Source: Alkanindiges sp. WGS2144 (GTDB lineage Bacteria > Pseudomonadota > Gammaproteobacteria > Pseudomonadales > Moraxellaceae). Taken from it: DNA of 32,000 nt. The notes beneath the pieces were generated by a model. It had not been told where the DNA came from and did not search any database. It saw only the letters and a list, made by a program, of their open reading frames with translations. Positions 15,260 to 24,800 of the stretch are shown one piece after another; position 1 is the stretch's first letter; every line of letters begins with the position of its first letter. The stretch lies in NCBI RefSeq assembly GCF_043950625.1, contig NZ_CP171007.1; one strand, given 5' to 3'. The translations under genes and the position numbers were made by a program.

Positions 15260-17947
15260 TCAGCCGGTGTTGCGTAAACCCGCCGCAATACCGGCAATGG
15301 TCACCATTAAGGCATGATCATAAATTTCATTATTGGCCTCACGGCGGCGGCGCATCAGTTCGGCCTGCAATAAATGCAATGGCAGCAAGTAAGGATTACG
15401 CACGTTAATGGAGCGCTTTAGAGTCGGTGAATGCTGTAATAACTCGTCCTGATTAATCAGTTGCAGCAGGGTCTGGTTGGCATGGTGCAAATGCTCACGT
15501 AGCTCGGTACCCAGCTGGATGAGCGCCGGATCCTGAGTTAAATGCGCTTCATAATAGGCAGCAATGGCCGGGTCAGCTTTGGCCAGTACCATTTCCAGCA
15601 TGCTGAGTAAGGTTTGAAAATATGGCCATTGCTGTCGCATCTGATTCATTAACGGCTGCTGCTCCTGTTGCAACGCATCACGCAGCGCCACTCCGGTGCC
15701 CAGCCAGGCGGTAAGCATCAGGCGCACTTGTGTCCAGGCAAATACCCAGGGAATGGCACGCAGGGATTCAATGCCACCTTGAGTATTACGCCGTGCCGGA
15801 CGGGAACCCAGCGGCAGCATTTGTAGCTCCAGCTCCGGGGTAACGGTGCGCAAGTAGTCAATAAATACCGGCTTATTTTGCACCATTTCCCGGTATACCT
15901 TGACCGACACCTGGGTCATGTGTTGCATCAGTTGCCGCCATTGTGGCTTAGGCTCAGGGGGTGGTAATAAAGTGGCTTCCAGCGTGGCACTGGCATATAG
16001 CTCCAGATTACGCAGTGCAATGTCGGGCATGCCAAATTTAAAGCGAATCATTTCGCCCTGTTCGGTCACGCGGATTTTGCCATTGACCGAACCCGGGGGT
16101 TGCGCTAACAAGGCTTGATGTGTGGGCGCGCCACCGCGGCTAATCGAACCACCCCGTCCGTGAAATAAGGTCAGCTCAACCCCATGCTGGCGTGCAACTC
16201 TGGTTAATTGCTCCTGTGCCTGATACTGTGCCCAGTTGGCCGTTAAAAATCCGGCATCCTTGGCCGAATCAGAATAACCAATCATGATTTCCTGCTGGGC
16301 TATGCCCTGATCATTGCTAATGGCCTGTTTGTACCAGTCAATACTTAATAATTGCTCAAGACTATTAGCAGCATTTTCCAGGTCTTTTAGGGTTTCAAAT
16401 AAGGGCACTACCCGCAGCGGTTGCTGAATTTCAGCTTCTTTTTGTAGCAGCATGACTGCCAGAATATCGCTGGGGGCAGCCGCCATGGAAATTACATAAG
16501 CACCTAAAGACTGCGGTAATTGCTGCGCCAGCATATTAAAGGTTGCCCGTACTTCGTTTACCTCGTTAGTAAAGGTATTGGCAGGTAGGTGGCGTGGCAA
16601 AAGTGGACGCGGGTTTTGTAGCTCGGCGAGTAAAAATTGCTGGCGCTGTACTTCATCCCAGTCCTCATAACAGCCCATGCCCAAAAACCGGGTAATGGCC
16701 GTGATGGCGTCCCGGTGCCGCCCAGCCTCTTGTCGCACATCCAGCTTGAGCAACTCAATGCCAAAGCAGCTCACCCGATAAATCAGGTCAAGCAATTTAC
16801 CATTGGCAATGTCCTGCATGTTGCAATCCACCAGCGACTGATAGCACAACAGCAAGGGCTGCAATAATTCATCGGTATGCTGGTAAATACCATCTGGCTG
16901 GCTGGCCTGACCCTCAATACTGCTTTTCAGCCAGTTTCGGGTAATATCCAGCCGGGTACGCATACTGCGCAAAATATCACGGTATGGTTCGGTGGACTCT
17001 GCACCCACCATCTCGCGTAAGGCAGCATTGCAATCCTGCATGGACAATTCCCAGCGCAAGGCATTGACGTCGCGCCAGTACAAATCCGCTGCCTGCCAGC
17101 GTGCCAGTAGCAGCACTTCCTGGGTGACCAGATGGGTGACATTGGGGTTGCCGTCGCGGTCGCCACCCATCCACGAGGCAAAGCGGATAGGCGCATGAGT
17201 CAGGGGCAAATGTTTGCCGGTATGTTCTCGCACCACCGCATGCAGCTCACGCATAAAGGCGGGAATGCTATGCCACAGGGTTTGTTCAATGGCAGTAAAG
17301 CCCCACTTGGCTTCATCAATTGGCGTAGGCTTGTGCTGGCGAATTTCATCGGTGCGCCAGGTGGCAATAATGTGCTGTTTTAATTGTTGCAGGATAACCT
17401 GCCGCTCTGGTGGGCTTAAGCGTTGCCGATCCAGTATTTGCAAGCAGTCACTAATCTCATCATATTTTTGAATTAAAGTACGGCGGCTGATTTCGGTGGG
17501 ATGCGCGGTCAGCACCAGCTCAATATCCAGATTGGCGACCGTTTGCCATAACTGCTCAGGGCGGCAGTTAGACTGCAACAAGCGCGGGATAATTTCCTGT
17601 AGTGAGCCTTTTTGTGCCGGCGTTTGCGGGATACTTTGCCAGTCACGGCGGCGACGCACCCGATGATACTGTTCGGCAATATTGGCAAAATTTAAAAACT
17701 GGCTAAAGGCACGTGCCACTGGCAGTAGCTGTTGTTCATCCAGGCCAGATAGCAGCTTGTCCAGCTCAATCGATGCCGCCTGATGACCATCACGCACCTG
17801 TTTGGCCAGTTGGCGGATTTGTTCGATTTGCTCAAAAAAGGCATGCCCCATTTGCTGTTTTAGGGTATCGCCCAGCAAATTACCTAGCAGGCGTACATCA
17901 TCACGTAGCGGGGCATGTGGGTCGGGGGATAAAACAGCGTGTGGCAT
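15260..17947 (-). CDS. ppc: Phosphoenolpyruvate carboxylase.
   Basis: An 895-aa protein with the PEPC signatures VLTAHPTE, GYSDSAKDAG and FHGRGGSISRGGAP, and the canonical C-terminal ...GLRNTG. Confidence 0.98.
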   Translation of the reverse strand: MPHAVLSPDPHAPLRDDVRLLGNLLGDTLKQQMGHAFFEQIEQIRQLAKQVRDGHQAASIELDKLLSGLDEQQLLPVARAFSQFLNFANIAEQYHRVRRRRDWQSIPQTPAQKGSLQEIIPRLLQSNCRPEQLWQTVANLDIELVLTAHPTEISRRTLIQKYDEISDCLQILDRQRLSPPERQVILQQLKQHIIATWRTDEIRQHKPTPIDEAKWGFTAIEQTLWHSIPAFMRELHAVVREHTGKHLPLTHAPIRFASWMGGDRDGNPNVTHLVTQEVLLLARWQAADLYWRDVNALRWELSMQDCNAALREMVGAESTEPYRDILRSMRTRLDITRNWLKSSIEGQASQPDGIYQHTDELLQPLLLCYQSLVDCNMQDIANGKLLDLIYRVSCFGIELLKLDVRQEAGRHRDAITAITRFLGMGCYEDWDEVQRQQFLLAELQNPRPLLPRHLPANTFTNEVNEVRATFNMLAQQLPQSLGAYVISMAAAPSDILAVMLLQKEAEIQQPLRVVPLFETLKDLENAANSLEQLLSIDWYKQAISNDQGIAQQEIMIGYSDSAKDAGFLTANWAQYQAQEQLTRVARQHGVELTLFHGRGGSISRGGAPTHQALLAQPPGSVNGKIRVTEQGEMIRFKFGMPDIALRNLELYASATLEATLLPPPEPKPQWRQLMQHMTQVSVKVYREMVQNKPVFIDYLRTVTPELELQMLPLGSRPARRNTQGGIESLRAIPWVFAWTQVRLMLTAWLGTGVALRDALQQEQQPLMNQMRQQWPYFQTLLSMLEMVLAKADPAIAAYYEAHLTQDPALIQLGTELREHLHHANQTLLQLINQDELLQHSPTLKRSINVRNPYLLPLHLLQAELMRRRREANNEIYDHALMVTIAGIAAGLRNTG

Positions 17948-18077
17948 ACAGACTCCAGAATATGTGTTCTGTTTTGACTATAGGCCAGATTGGCTTTTGC
18001 TTTGTTTTTAAATTGAAAATAAATTTGGCACTCTCTGTAAGCTGCCAAAAGTACAGCATCGTTGCATAAAATAAAAA

Positions 18078-18141
18078 TTAGAGTAATTGCTCTAGATTTA
18101 TCATAACACTTGCCTTATGCTTTTTAGAGTAAAAGCTCTAA
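18078..18141. promoter_or_regulatory. Two copies of an 18-bp inverted-repeat motif, TTAGAGTAAnnGCTCTAr, 46 bp apart in the ppc / HD-gene divergent promoter region. This is a candidate operator pair.
   Basis: Copy 1 at 18078-18095 is ttagagtaattgctctag. Copy 2 at 18124-18141 is ttagagtaaaagctctaa, with perfect TTAGAG/CTCTAA arms. Copy 2 ends 34 bp before ATG 18176. Confidence 0.45.
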
Positions 18142-18175
18142 TTTGTTGTTTTATTATTTTAAAAGGATAAATGTG

Positions 18176-18934
18176 ATGAATAAAAAGCCATCTATTGGCA
18201 GTTATACCTGGACAACGCTTAGCAATGGCAAGCTCAGCATGAAAGAGAAATTAAGTTTGATTAACCAGATCATGGCACCCAGCATGCAGCAGTTCATGAC
18301 TACTGCGCTGCGTCTGGATAAAAGTAAGCGCAAGCTTCAGTTTGACGATATTGCCGTGCCGGATACATTGTTTGTCAAGGAAGCCATGGGAGAGCTGGAA
18401 CACTATGCCACACCTACGCTTATTGCTCATTCGTGGCGCACCTATTACTGGGGTGCTGCTTTTGGTTTAATGAGACAGCAGGATTTTGATCCTGAAATGC
18501 TATTGATTGGCTGTTTATTACATGATCTTGGCTTAACGGCAGATCATGCCAGTCCGGAGTGTGGCTGCTTTACCCTGGCAAGTGCAAAAGCGGCTAACAC
18601 ATGGAGCCAGAAGGTAGGTTATCCGAATGAAAAAGCCGAGCTAGTAGCAGACATGATTTGCCTGCATATGAATGGTCATCTGGAACACAATGCGCGTATT
18701 GAAAGCCGTTTGCTTCAGCAAGGCGCATCCTGTGATGTGATTGGTGCAGGATATTATCAGCTTTATGAAGACTACCGCAATAAAGTATTACAGCAGTATC
18801 CACGACAGGATTTTAATCGGGTCTTTAGTCAATTACTGGCACAAGAAGCCAAGCAAAGACCACATTCCAGAACGGCATTGCTAAGGCAACTGGGCTTGCC
18901 ATTAATGATCCGGCTCAATCCATTTAAGCAATAA
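18176..18934 (+). CDS. HD-domain metal-dependent phosphohydrolase family protein.
   Basis: H...HD signature: LIAHSWRTYYWG ... LIGCLLHDLGL ... CLHMNGH. ATG 18176 is preceded by aaaagga. The track's TTG at 18143 is less likely. Confidence 0.8.
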   Translation: MNKKPSIGSYTWTTLSNGKLSMKEKLSLINQIMAPSMQQFMTTALRLDKSKRKLQFDDIAVPDTLFVKEAMGELEHYATPTLIAHSWRTYYWGAAFGLMRQQDFDPEMLLIGCLLHDLGLTADHASPECGCFTLASAKAANTWSQKVGYPNEKAELVADMICLHMNGHLEHNARIESRLLQQGASCDVIGAGYYQLYEDYRNKVLQQYPRQDFNRVFSQLLAQEAKQRPHSRTALLRQLGLPLMIRLNPFKQ

Positions 18935-18947
18935 GGTAAATCAATAT

Positions 18948-19814
18948 ATGCAGGATGTTCAATACGCAAAAAACACCGGACAGTTTATGTTTAAGCCGGG
19001 GATGATGGTTCAGGTTCAGCGCTATGTCAGCAATCACAACCGTCGTGACAGGGTAATTATTTTGCTACCCGCTATCGGTGTGGCAGTCAGTAAATACAGC
19101 CGGTTGGTTGAGCAGTTATTAAGTCAGGGCTTTGATGTCGTTACCGCAGATTATCCCGGCTGTGGTGAAAACCGGCCTTTGGTTAGCCGAAGTTATGATT
19201 ATAATTATGCCGATTTACTACAGCATTTTATTCCCAAACTTATTGAACGGATACCGGAATCCTTAAGCCAACCGCCGGTCTTGTTAGGCCATAGTTTGGG
19301 CGGACATTTAGCCAGTTTGTATGCAAGCAAGACTGGGGACACGGGACCTGCTGGCACTGGCCATCAGGTGAGTGTGATTGCTGTGGCGTCAGGCAACATC
19401 AGCCATAAAAACTGGCAGGGTCGTGCCCGCTTTAGCATTTTATCGGCAGCCGTGCTATTTAGAAGTATGGTCGCATTATATGGTTATTTTCCCGGTCGTA
19501 AGGTGGGTTTTGGTAATCGTGAGGCCGGCGGTATTATGCGGGATTGGTGCACTACAGTATTTACAGGGAATTATCGGCATATTATTGCAGGTTATCTACC
19601 ATCAATGCAGAAGAACCTGTTTATTCATATGCAAGGAGATGACTGGGCACCACTGGCCTCAACCCGCCACTTGGCTGAATTGTTTGTACAGCCACAGTTG
19701 ATTACGCTTGATCCACCAGCTGATTTAAAAGGTAACGCACATAGCAGCTGGATTAAGCAGCCCGGTTTTGTGGTGGATAAAATTGTGTCTTATCTGGAAG
19801 ACGGTCGATTATAG
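18948..19814 (+). CDS. Alpha/beta-fold hydrolase, a distant paralog of the 13850-14737 product.
   Basis: VLLGHSLGGHL elbow, MQGDDWAPL acid and GNAHSSWI His. It is collinear with the other hydrolase along its full length (see findings). It starts 13 nt after the HD gene. Confidence 0.85.
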   Translation: MQDVQYAKNTGQFMFKPGMMVQVQRYVSNHNRRDRVIILLPAIGVAVSKYSRLVEQLLSQGFDVVTADYPGCGENRPLVSRSYDYNYADLLQHFIPKLIERIPESLSQPPVLLGHSLGGHLASLYASKTGDTGPAGTGHQVSVIAVASGNISHKNWQGRARFSILSAAVLFRSMVALYGYFPGRKVGFGNREAGGIMRDWCTTVFTGNYRHIIAGYLPSMQKNLFIHMQGDDWAPLASTRHLAELFVQPQLITLDPPADLKGNAHSSWIKQPGFVVDKIVSYLEDGRL

Positions 19815-19822
19815 TTTAAACT

Positions 19823-20455
19823 TTAAGCCGCGTAGGCTTTTACAAACAGGCCAATGGCGTCCTGCGCTAGCTGTTGTTGCTGCGCACTATCCGGCGCGAC
19901 TTCAATCCCAAACATTACCCGCATATGCCGGTGCCCACATAGCAGGCTTAAAAAATACTCGGCCGCTTGCTGGTAGTTATTAATACTTAGCTTGTGCTGG
20001 GCATGCGCCTGTTCAAGCAAGCGGGTCATGTGGCTGAGTACCCGTGCCGCACCCGCCTGATAAAAATTATGCACCAGTCCAGGGTTTTGCTGGGTCATGC
20101 TGCACATGAGGCGATGCAACTCCAGCCCTTCGCGACTATAAATAATACTTTGAAACCGGGTGGCAATTTTAAGCAGGGCAGCTTCAATGGCCATATCGGC
20201 TTTTAGGTCAAAATCCAGTGCCGGTAACTGGTGATCACAGTGATTTTCCACCGCTGCCACAAACAGGTTTTCCTTGTCCTGAAAGTGGTTATACACCGTG
20301 AGTTTGGACACCCCGGCTGCCAGGGCAATGGCGTCCATGCTGCTGCCTTCATAACCAAACTGTAAAAACAGATCTTTGGCCGCTAACAAAATAGCCTAGC
20401 GTTTGATCAGATCCTTGGGGCGGCCGGGCAGGGCAGTTGCACGCGTAGTAGGCAT
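19823..20455 (-). pseudogene. TetR/AcrR-family regulator interrupted by an in-frame TAG at codon 20 (20396-20398).
   Basis: Minus-strand translation from ATG 20455 gives MPTTRATALPGRPKDLIKR*AILLAAKDLFLQFGYEGSSMDAIALAAGVSKLTVYNHFQDKENLF... The conserved TetR N-terminal pattern (GRPxxxxxRxxILxAAxxLFxxxGYxxxSMxxIAxxAGVSxxTxYxHF) runs straight across the stop. The ORF track restarts at TTG 20389. Confidence 0.8.
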
Positions 20456-20474
20456 AAGAAGGGTTTATTCAGTG

Positions 20475-20489
20475 TTTAAATAATTTAAA
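20475..20489. promoter_or_regulatory. Perfect 15-bp palindrome TTTAAATAATTTAAA in the TetR / efflux divergent intergenic region. This is a candidate operator.
   Basis: tttaaat-a-atttaaa is nested inside the outer arms attcag...ctgaat (about 20467-20503). It is AT-rich, so chance occurrence is not negligible. Confidence 0.35.
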
Positions 20490-20555
20490 GATTGTACCTG
20501 AATTAAGGCATCGGTTGATTTACTTTAATTTATAAACTGATTAGTATAAAAATTA

Positions 20556-21800
20556 ATGAATGTTACCAAAAGAACACGAAGCATGCGTGATCGCTCTTAT
20601 TTTGCTCAAACGGAAACTACGCCGTCCTGGTCTTTGACTGTCTGGCGCCAGCAGGGACTAGCGTTGTCATTATTGATGATACTGGTAGCCGCAATCAGTG
20701 CCTGCCAAAAGCAGGAAGCCGCGCCGCCAGCGCCCCGCACCGTGATGGTGGCACAGCCACAGCAGGCTGGTGTTACGCAAAACAGTTATTCCGGTGAAGT
20801 GCGTGCCCGACAGGAAACCGATTTGTCCTTTCGCGTGGGCGGCAAAATAACCCAGCGTCTGGTTGAAGTAGGCGACCGGGTGAGTAGTCATCAGGTACTG
20901 GCCAAACTTGACCCCACCGATGCCAACCTGCAACTGGGTGCCGCGCGTGCCCAGCTGGAAAGTGCCCAGTCTGCCGAGCGTACCTTGAAGGCTGATCTGG
21001 AGCGTTATCGCCAGTTGTTACCTAGCAATGCCATTAGCCGCTCGCAGTTTGACCAGATTGAAAACCAGTACAAAACTGCCCGCAGCAATGTACAGCAGGC
21101 ACAGGCCAATCTTGAAGTGGTCAGCAATCAGGCCAGTTATGCCATTTTGAGCAGCAATAAAAGCGGCGTGATCGTGGCGCGCAATATTGAAGTGGGGCAG
21201 GTGGTGAGTGCTGGTCAACCAGCATACCGTCTGGCCATTGATGGCGAGCGTGAAGTGTTGATTGGCGTGCCAGAGCAGGTCATTGACCAGTTTAAATTGC
21301 GCCAGCCGGTGCAGGTGTCCTTATGGTCAAGCCCGGATCAGCGCTTGGCTGCTTATGTACGAGAAATTGCCCCAGCGGCGGATGCCTCGCGTACTTTTGC
21401 GGTGCGGGTGGCATTTAACAATCCGCAAGCGCCAGTAAAAATTGGTCAAAGTGCGCGGGTGTTTGTCAGTAGCACCCAGCATGATACGGCTTTACAGGTA
21501 CCGTTGGCAGCCATTACTGCCGAGCAGCAGCAAAGCTATGTGTTGGTGTTTAATCCGGTAAATAGCACCCTGGTTAAAAAACCAGTCAAAATTGGTGCTT
21601 ACGGACAAAACAGCGTGCCGGTACTGGCAGGCTTAAGTGCGCAGGACTGGGTGGTGATTGGCGGGGTGCATTTGCTGCAAGCCGGACAAAAAGTACAGGC
21701 GGTTAACCGCGACAATCAACCGGTTACTCAGTCTGTCACTGGCCAGCTTAACACGAGCCAGCCAGTCCCTGTTGCCAATCGCTCTGCCGGGAAGCCTTGA
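20556..21800 (+). CDS. RND efflux periplasmic adaptor (membrane fusion protein, HlyD/AcrA family). The start is uncertain.
   Basis: Lipobox-like VAAISAC, then the coiled-coil hairpin region (LQLGAARAQLESAQSAERTLKADLERYRQLL...QANLEVVSNQ) and the beta-barrel/MP domains typical of MFPs. Its stop overlaps the start region of the RND gene. Confidence 0.9.
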   Translation: MNVTKRTRSMRDRSYFAQTETTPSWSLTVWRQQGLALSLLMILVAAISACQKQEAAPPAPRTVMVAQPQQAGVTQNSYSGEVRARQETDLSFRVGGKITQRLVEVGDRVSSHQVLAKLDPTDANLQLGAARAQLESAQSAERTLKADLERYRQLLPSNAISRSQFDQIENQYKTARSNVQQAQANLEVVSNQASYAILSSNKSGVIVARNIEVGQVVSAGQPAYRLAIDGEREVLIGVPEQVIDQFKLRQPVQVSLWSSPDQRLAAYVREIAPAADASRTFAVRVAFNNPQAPVKIGQSARVFVSSTQHDTALQVPLAAITAEQQQSYVLVFNPVNSTLVKKPVKIGAYGQNSVPVLAGLSAQDWVVIGGVHLLQAGQKVQAVNRDNQPVTQSVTGQLNTSQPVPVANRSAGKP

Positions 21801-21802
21801 TC

Positions 21803-24800
21803 ATGCGTTTTAATTTATCCGAATGGGCGCTAAGCAACCGGGCACTGGTGCTGTTTTTTATGATTTTGCTGGCACTGGTAGGCTTTGTGTCCTATAGCAA
21901 GCTGGGGCAAAGCGAAGACCCACCGTTTACCTTTAAGGTGATGGTGGTGCAAACCTACTGGCCGGGCGCCACGGCCGAGCAGGTATCTTTGCAGGTCACT
22001 GACCGTATTGAAAAAAAGCTAATGGAAACCGGCGAGTTTGAAAAAATCATTGCTTATTCGCGTCCCGGTGAATCCACCATTACCTTTATGGCGCGTGATT
22101 CGCTGCGCTCCAAGGATATTCCTGATCTGTGGTACAACGTGCGCAAAAAAGTGGGGGACATCAAACAAACCCTGCCGGTTGGCGTACAGGGGCCGTATTT
22201 TAATGATGAGTTTGGCGATACTTTTGGCAATATTTATGTGCTGACCGGGCAGGATTTTGATTATGCCGTGCTCAAGGAATACGCCGACCGTCTGCAATTG
22301 CAACTGCAACGTGTTAAGGATGTGGGCAAGGTCGAGCTGGTGGGTTTGCAGGATGAAAAAATCTGGATTGAGCTGTCCAATACCAAAGCCGTCAATTTAG
22401 GCTTGCCGCTACAGGCAGTGCAGCAGGCATTAGAAGCACAAAATGCCATTGTCCCTGCTGGTTATTTTGAAACGCCTACTGATCGTATTCAGCTTCGGGT
22501 CAGTGGTCAGTTTCAGTCCATTGATGACATTAAACACATGCCAATTGAGGTGGCCGGCCGTACCATTCGCTTAATGGATGTGGCCGAGGTGCATCGCGGC
22601 TTTAGTGATCCGGCGCAGCCTCGTATGCGCTTTATGGGTGAAAACGGCATTGGTATTAGCGTTGCCATGAAAAAAGGCGGCGATATTTTAGCCTTGGGTA
22701 AAAACCTGCAAGCTGAATTTGCCCGCTTGCAGGATACCTTGCCGGTTGGCATGAGCTTGAGCAAAGTATCGGATCAGCCTGCCGCCGTGAAAGAAAGCGT
22801 GGGTGAGTTTGTTAAGGTGCTGGCTGAGGCCATTACCATTGTTTTAATTGTCAGCTTTTTTTCATTGGGTTTTCGCACCGGTCTGGTGGTGGCATTTTCC
22901 ATTCCCTTAGTACTGGCCATGACCTTTGCGGTGATGAATTATTTTGACGTCGGTCTGCATAAAATTTCCTTAGGTGCCCTGGTACTCGCGTTAGGATTAC
23001 TGGTGGATGACGCCATTATTGCGGTGGAAATGATGGCCATTAAAATGGAGCAGGGTTTTAGCCGCATTAAAGCCGCCGGTTTTATGTGGCAAAGCACCGC
23101 CTTTCCCATGCTCACTGGCACCTTGATTACTGCCGCAGGTTTTTTACCCATTGCTACGGCGCAATCCAGTACTGGTGAATACACCCGCTCCATTTTTGAA
23201 GTGGTGACCATTGCCTTACTGGTATCGTGGGTGGCCGCAGTGATGTTTGTGCCGTATCTGGGCGAAAAATTGCTGCCGGACATGCATAACCAGCATGGAC
23301 AATTAAGCTGGTATCAGCGTTTATGGCTAAGGTTTAAGCGTAAAGAGCAGATGCCACAAGAACAGCCAGCGACGCCTGAGCCAGAAGTAACCGTATATGC
23401 ACCCGTTTCATCTGCTACCAGCGAGGCAGTGCATGATCCCTATGCGACGCCGTTTTATCAGCGTTTTCGCCGTTTGGTGCAACTTTGCGTGCGCTACCGT
23501 AAAACCGTGATTGCCATTACTGTGGCGGCATTTGTGGCGTCCATAGCTTTGTTTGGACTGGTACAGCAGCAGTTTTTTCCGCCGTCTAACCGTTTAGAGA
23601 TTATGGTGGATTTAAAACTGGCCGAAGGGGCATCGCTTAAAGCCACTGAGGGCCAGGTCGCCAAGCTTGAAAAACTGCTGAAGAACCACCCCGGCATTGA
23701 TAATTATGTGGCGTATGTGGGCACCGGCTCACCACGGTTTTATTTGCCGCTGGATCAGCAAATGCCGCAAGCCAGCTTTGCCCAGTTTGTGGTGCTGGCT
23801 AAAAGCATGCAAGACCGTGATGCGCTGAAACAATGGCTGAGCACTACCTTAAATAACCAGTTTAGCGATGTGCGCAGCCGGGTGTCCTTACTGGAAAATG
23901 GCCCGCCAGTGGGATATCCGGTGCAATTTCGGGTATCCGGTGAAGATATTGCTCAGGTACGGCACATTGCTCGTCAGGTGTCAGCCAAGGTGTCTGAGAA
24001 TCCTCATGTGACCAATGTGCATCTGGACTGGCAGGAACCCAGCAAGGTGATTTACCTGGATATTGATCAGGATCGCGCCCGCGCTTTGGGCGTGGATAGC
24101 AGCAATCTGGCGCAGTTTTTACAGTTTGCCATGACTGGTATGGACATTAGCCAATACCGTGAAAAACGCGAACTAATCCAGATTCGCATTCGTGGTACTG
24201 CACAGGAACGCGCGCAGGTGGAATCGCTGGCCAGTCTTGCTGTACCCACCAGCAATGGTGGCAGCATACCACTGGCACAAATTGCCAAGCTGAACTATGG
24301 TTCTGAAGAAGGCATTATCTGGCATCGTAACCGCTTGCCTACCGTGACTGTGCGTGCTGATATCCGCGGTAACCAGCAGCCGGTCACGTTAGTGAACCAG
24401 ATTTCACCTACTTTAGATGGCATTCGTCAGGCATTGCCCAGTGGTTATTTGCTGGACGTGGGTGGCACGGTGGAAGACTCTGCCCGTGGGCAAGCATCGG
24501 TCAATGCCGGTATGCCGCTATTTTTGGTAGTGGTGATGACCTTGCTCATGCTCCAGCTACGCAGTATTTCGCGTAGCCTGATTGTGATGCTCACTGCGCC
24601 GCTGGGTTTGATCGGCGTGGTACTGTTTTTGCTACTACTCAATAAGCCATTTGGTTTTGTGGCCATGCTAGGCACCATTGCGCTATCGGGCATGATTATG
24701 CGTAACTCGCTGATATTAATTGACCAGATTGAGCAGGATATTGCAGCGGGGGCAAGTCCGTATCAGGCCATTAGTGAAGCCACCGTGCGGCGCTTTCGGC

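Noticed and set aside
15900-17471. Multiple 65-118-aa ORFs on both strands inside ppc, with similar nested ORFs inside ilvD, the RND gene, dnaJ, the PQQ dehydrogenase and the ADH.
   Set aside because: All lie entirely within long, motif-supported genes and have the skewed composition (R/A/P/C-rich) of off-frame translations of GC-rich coding DNA.
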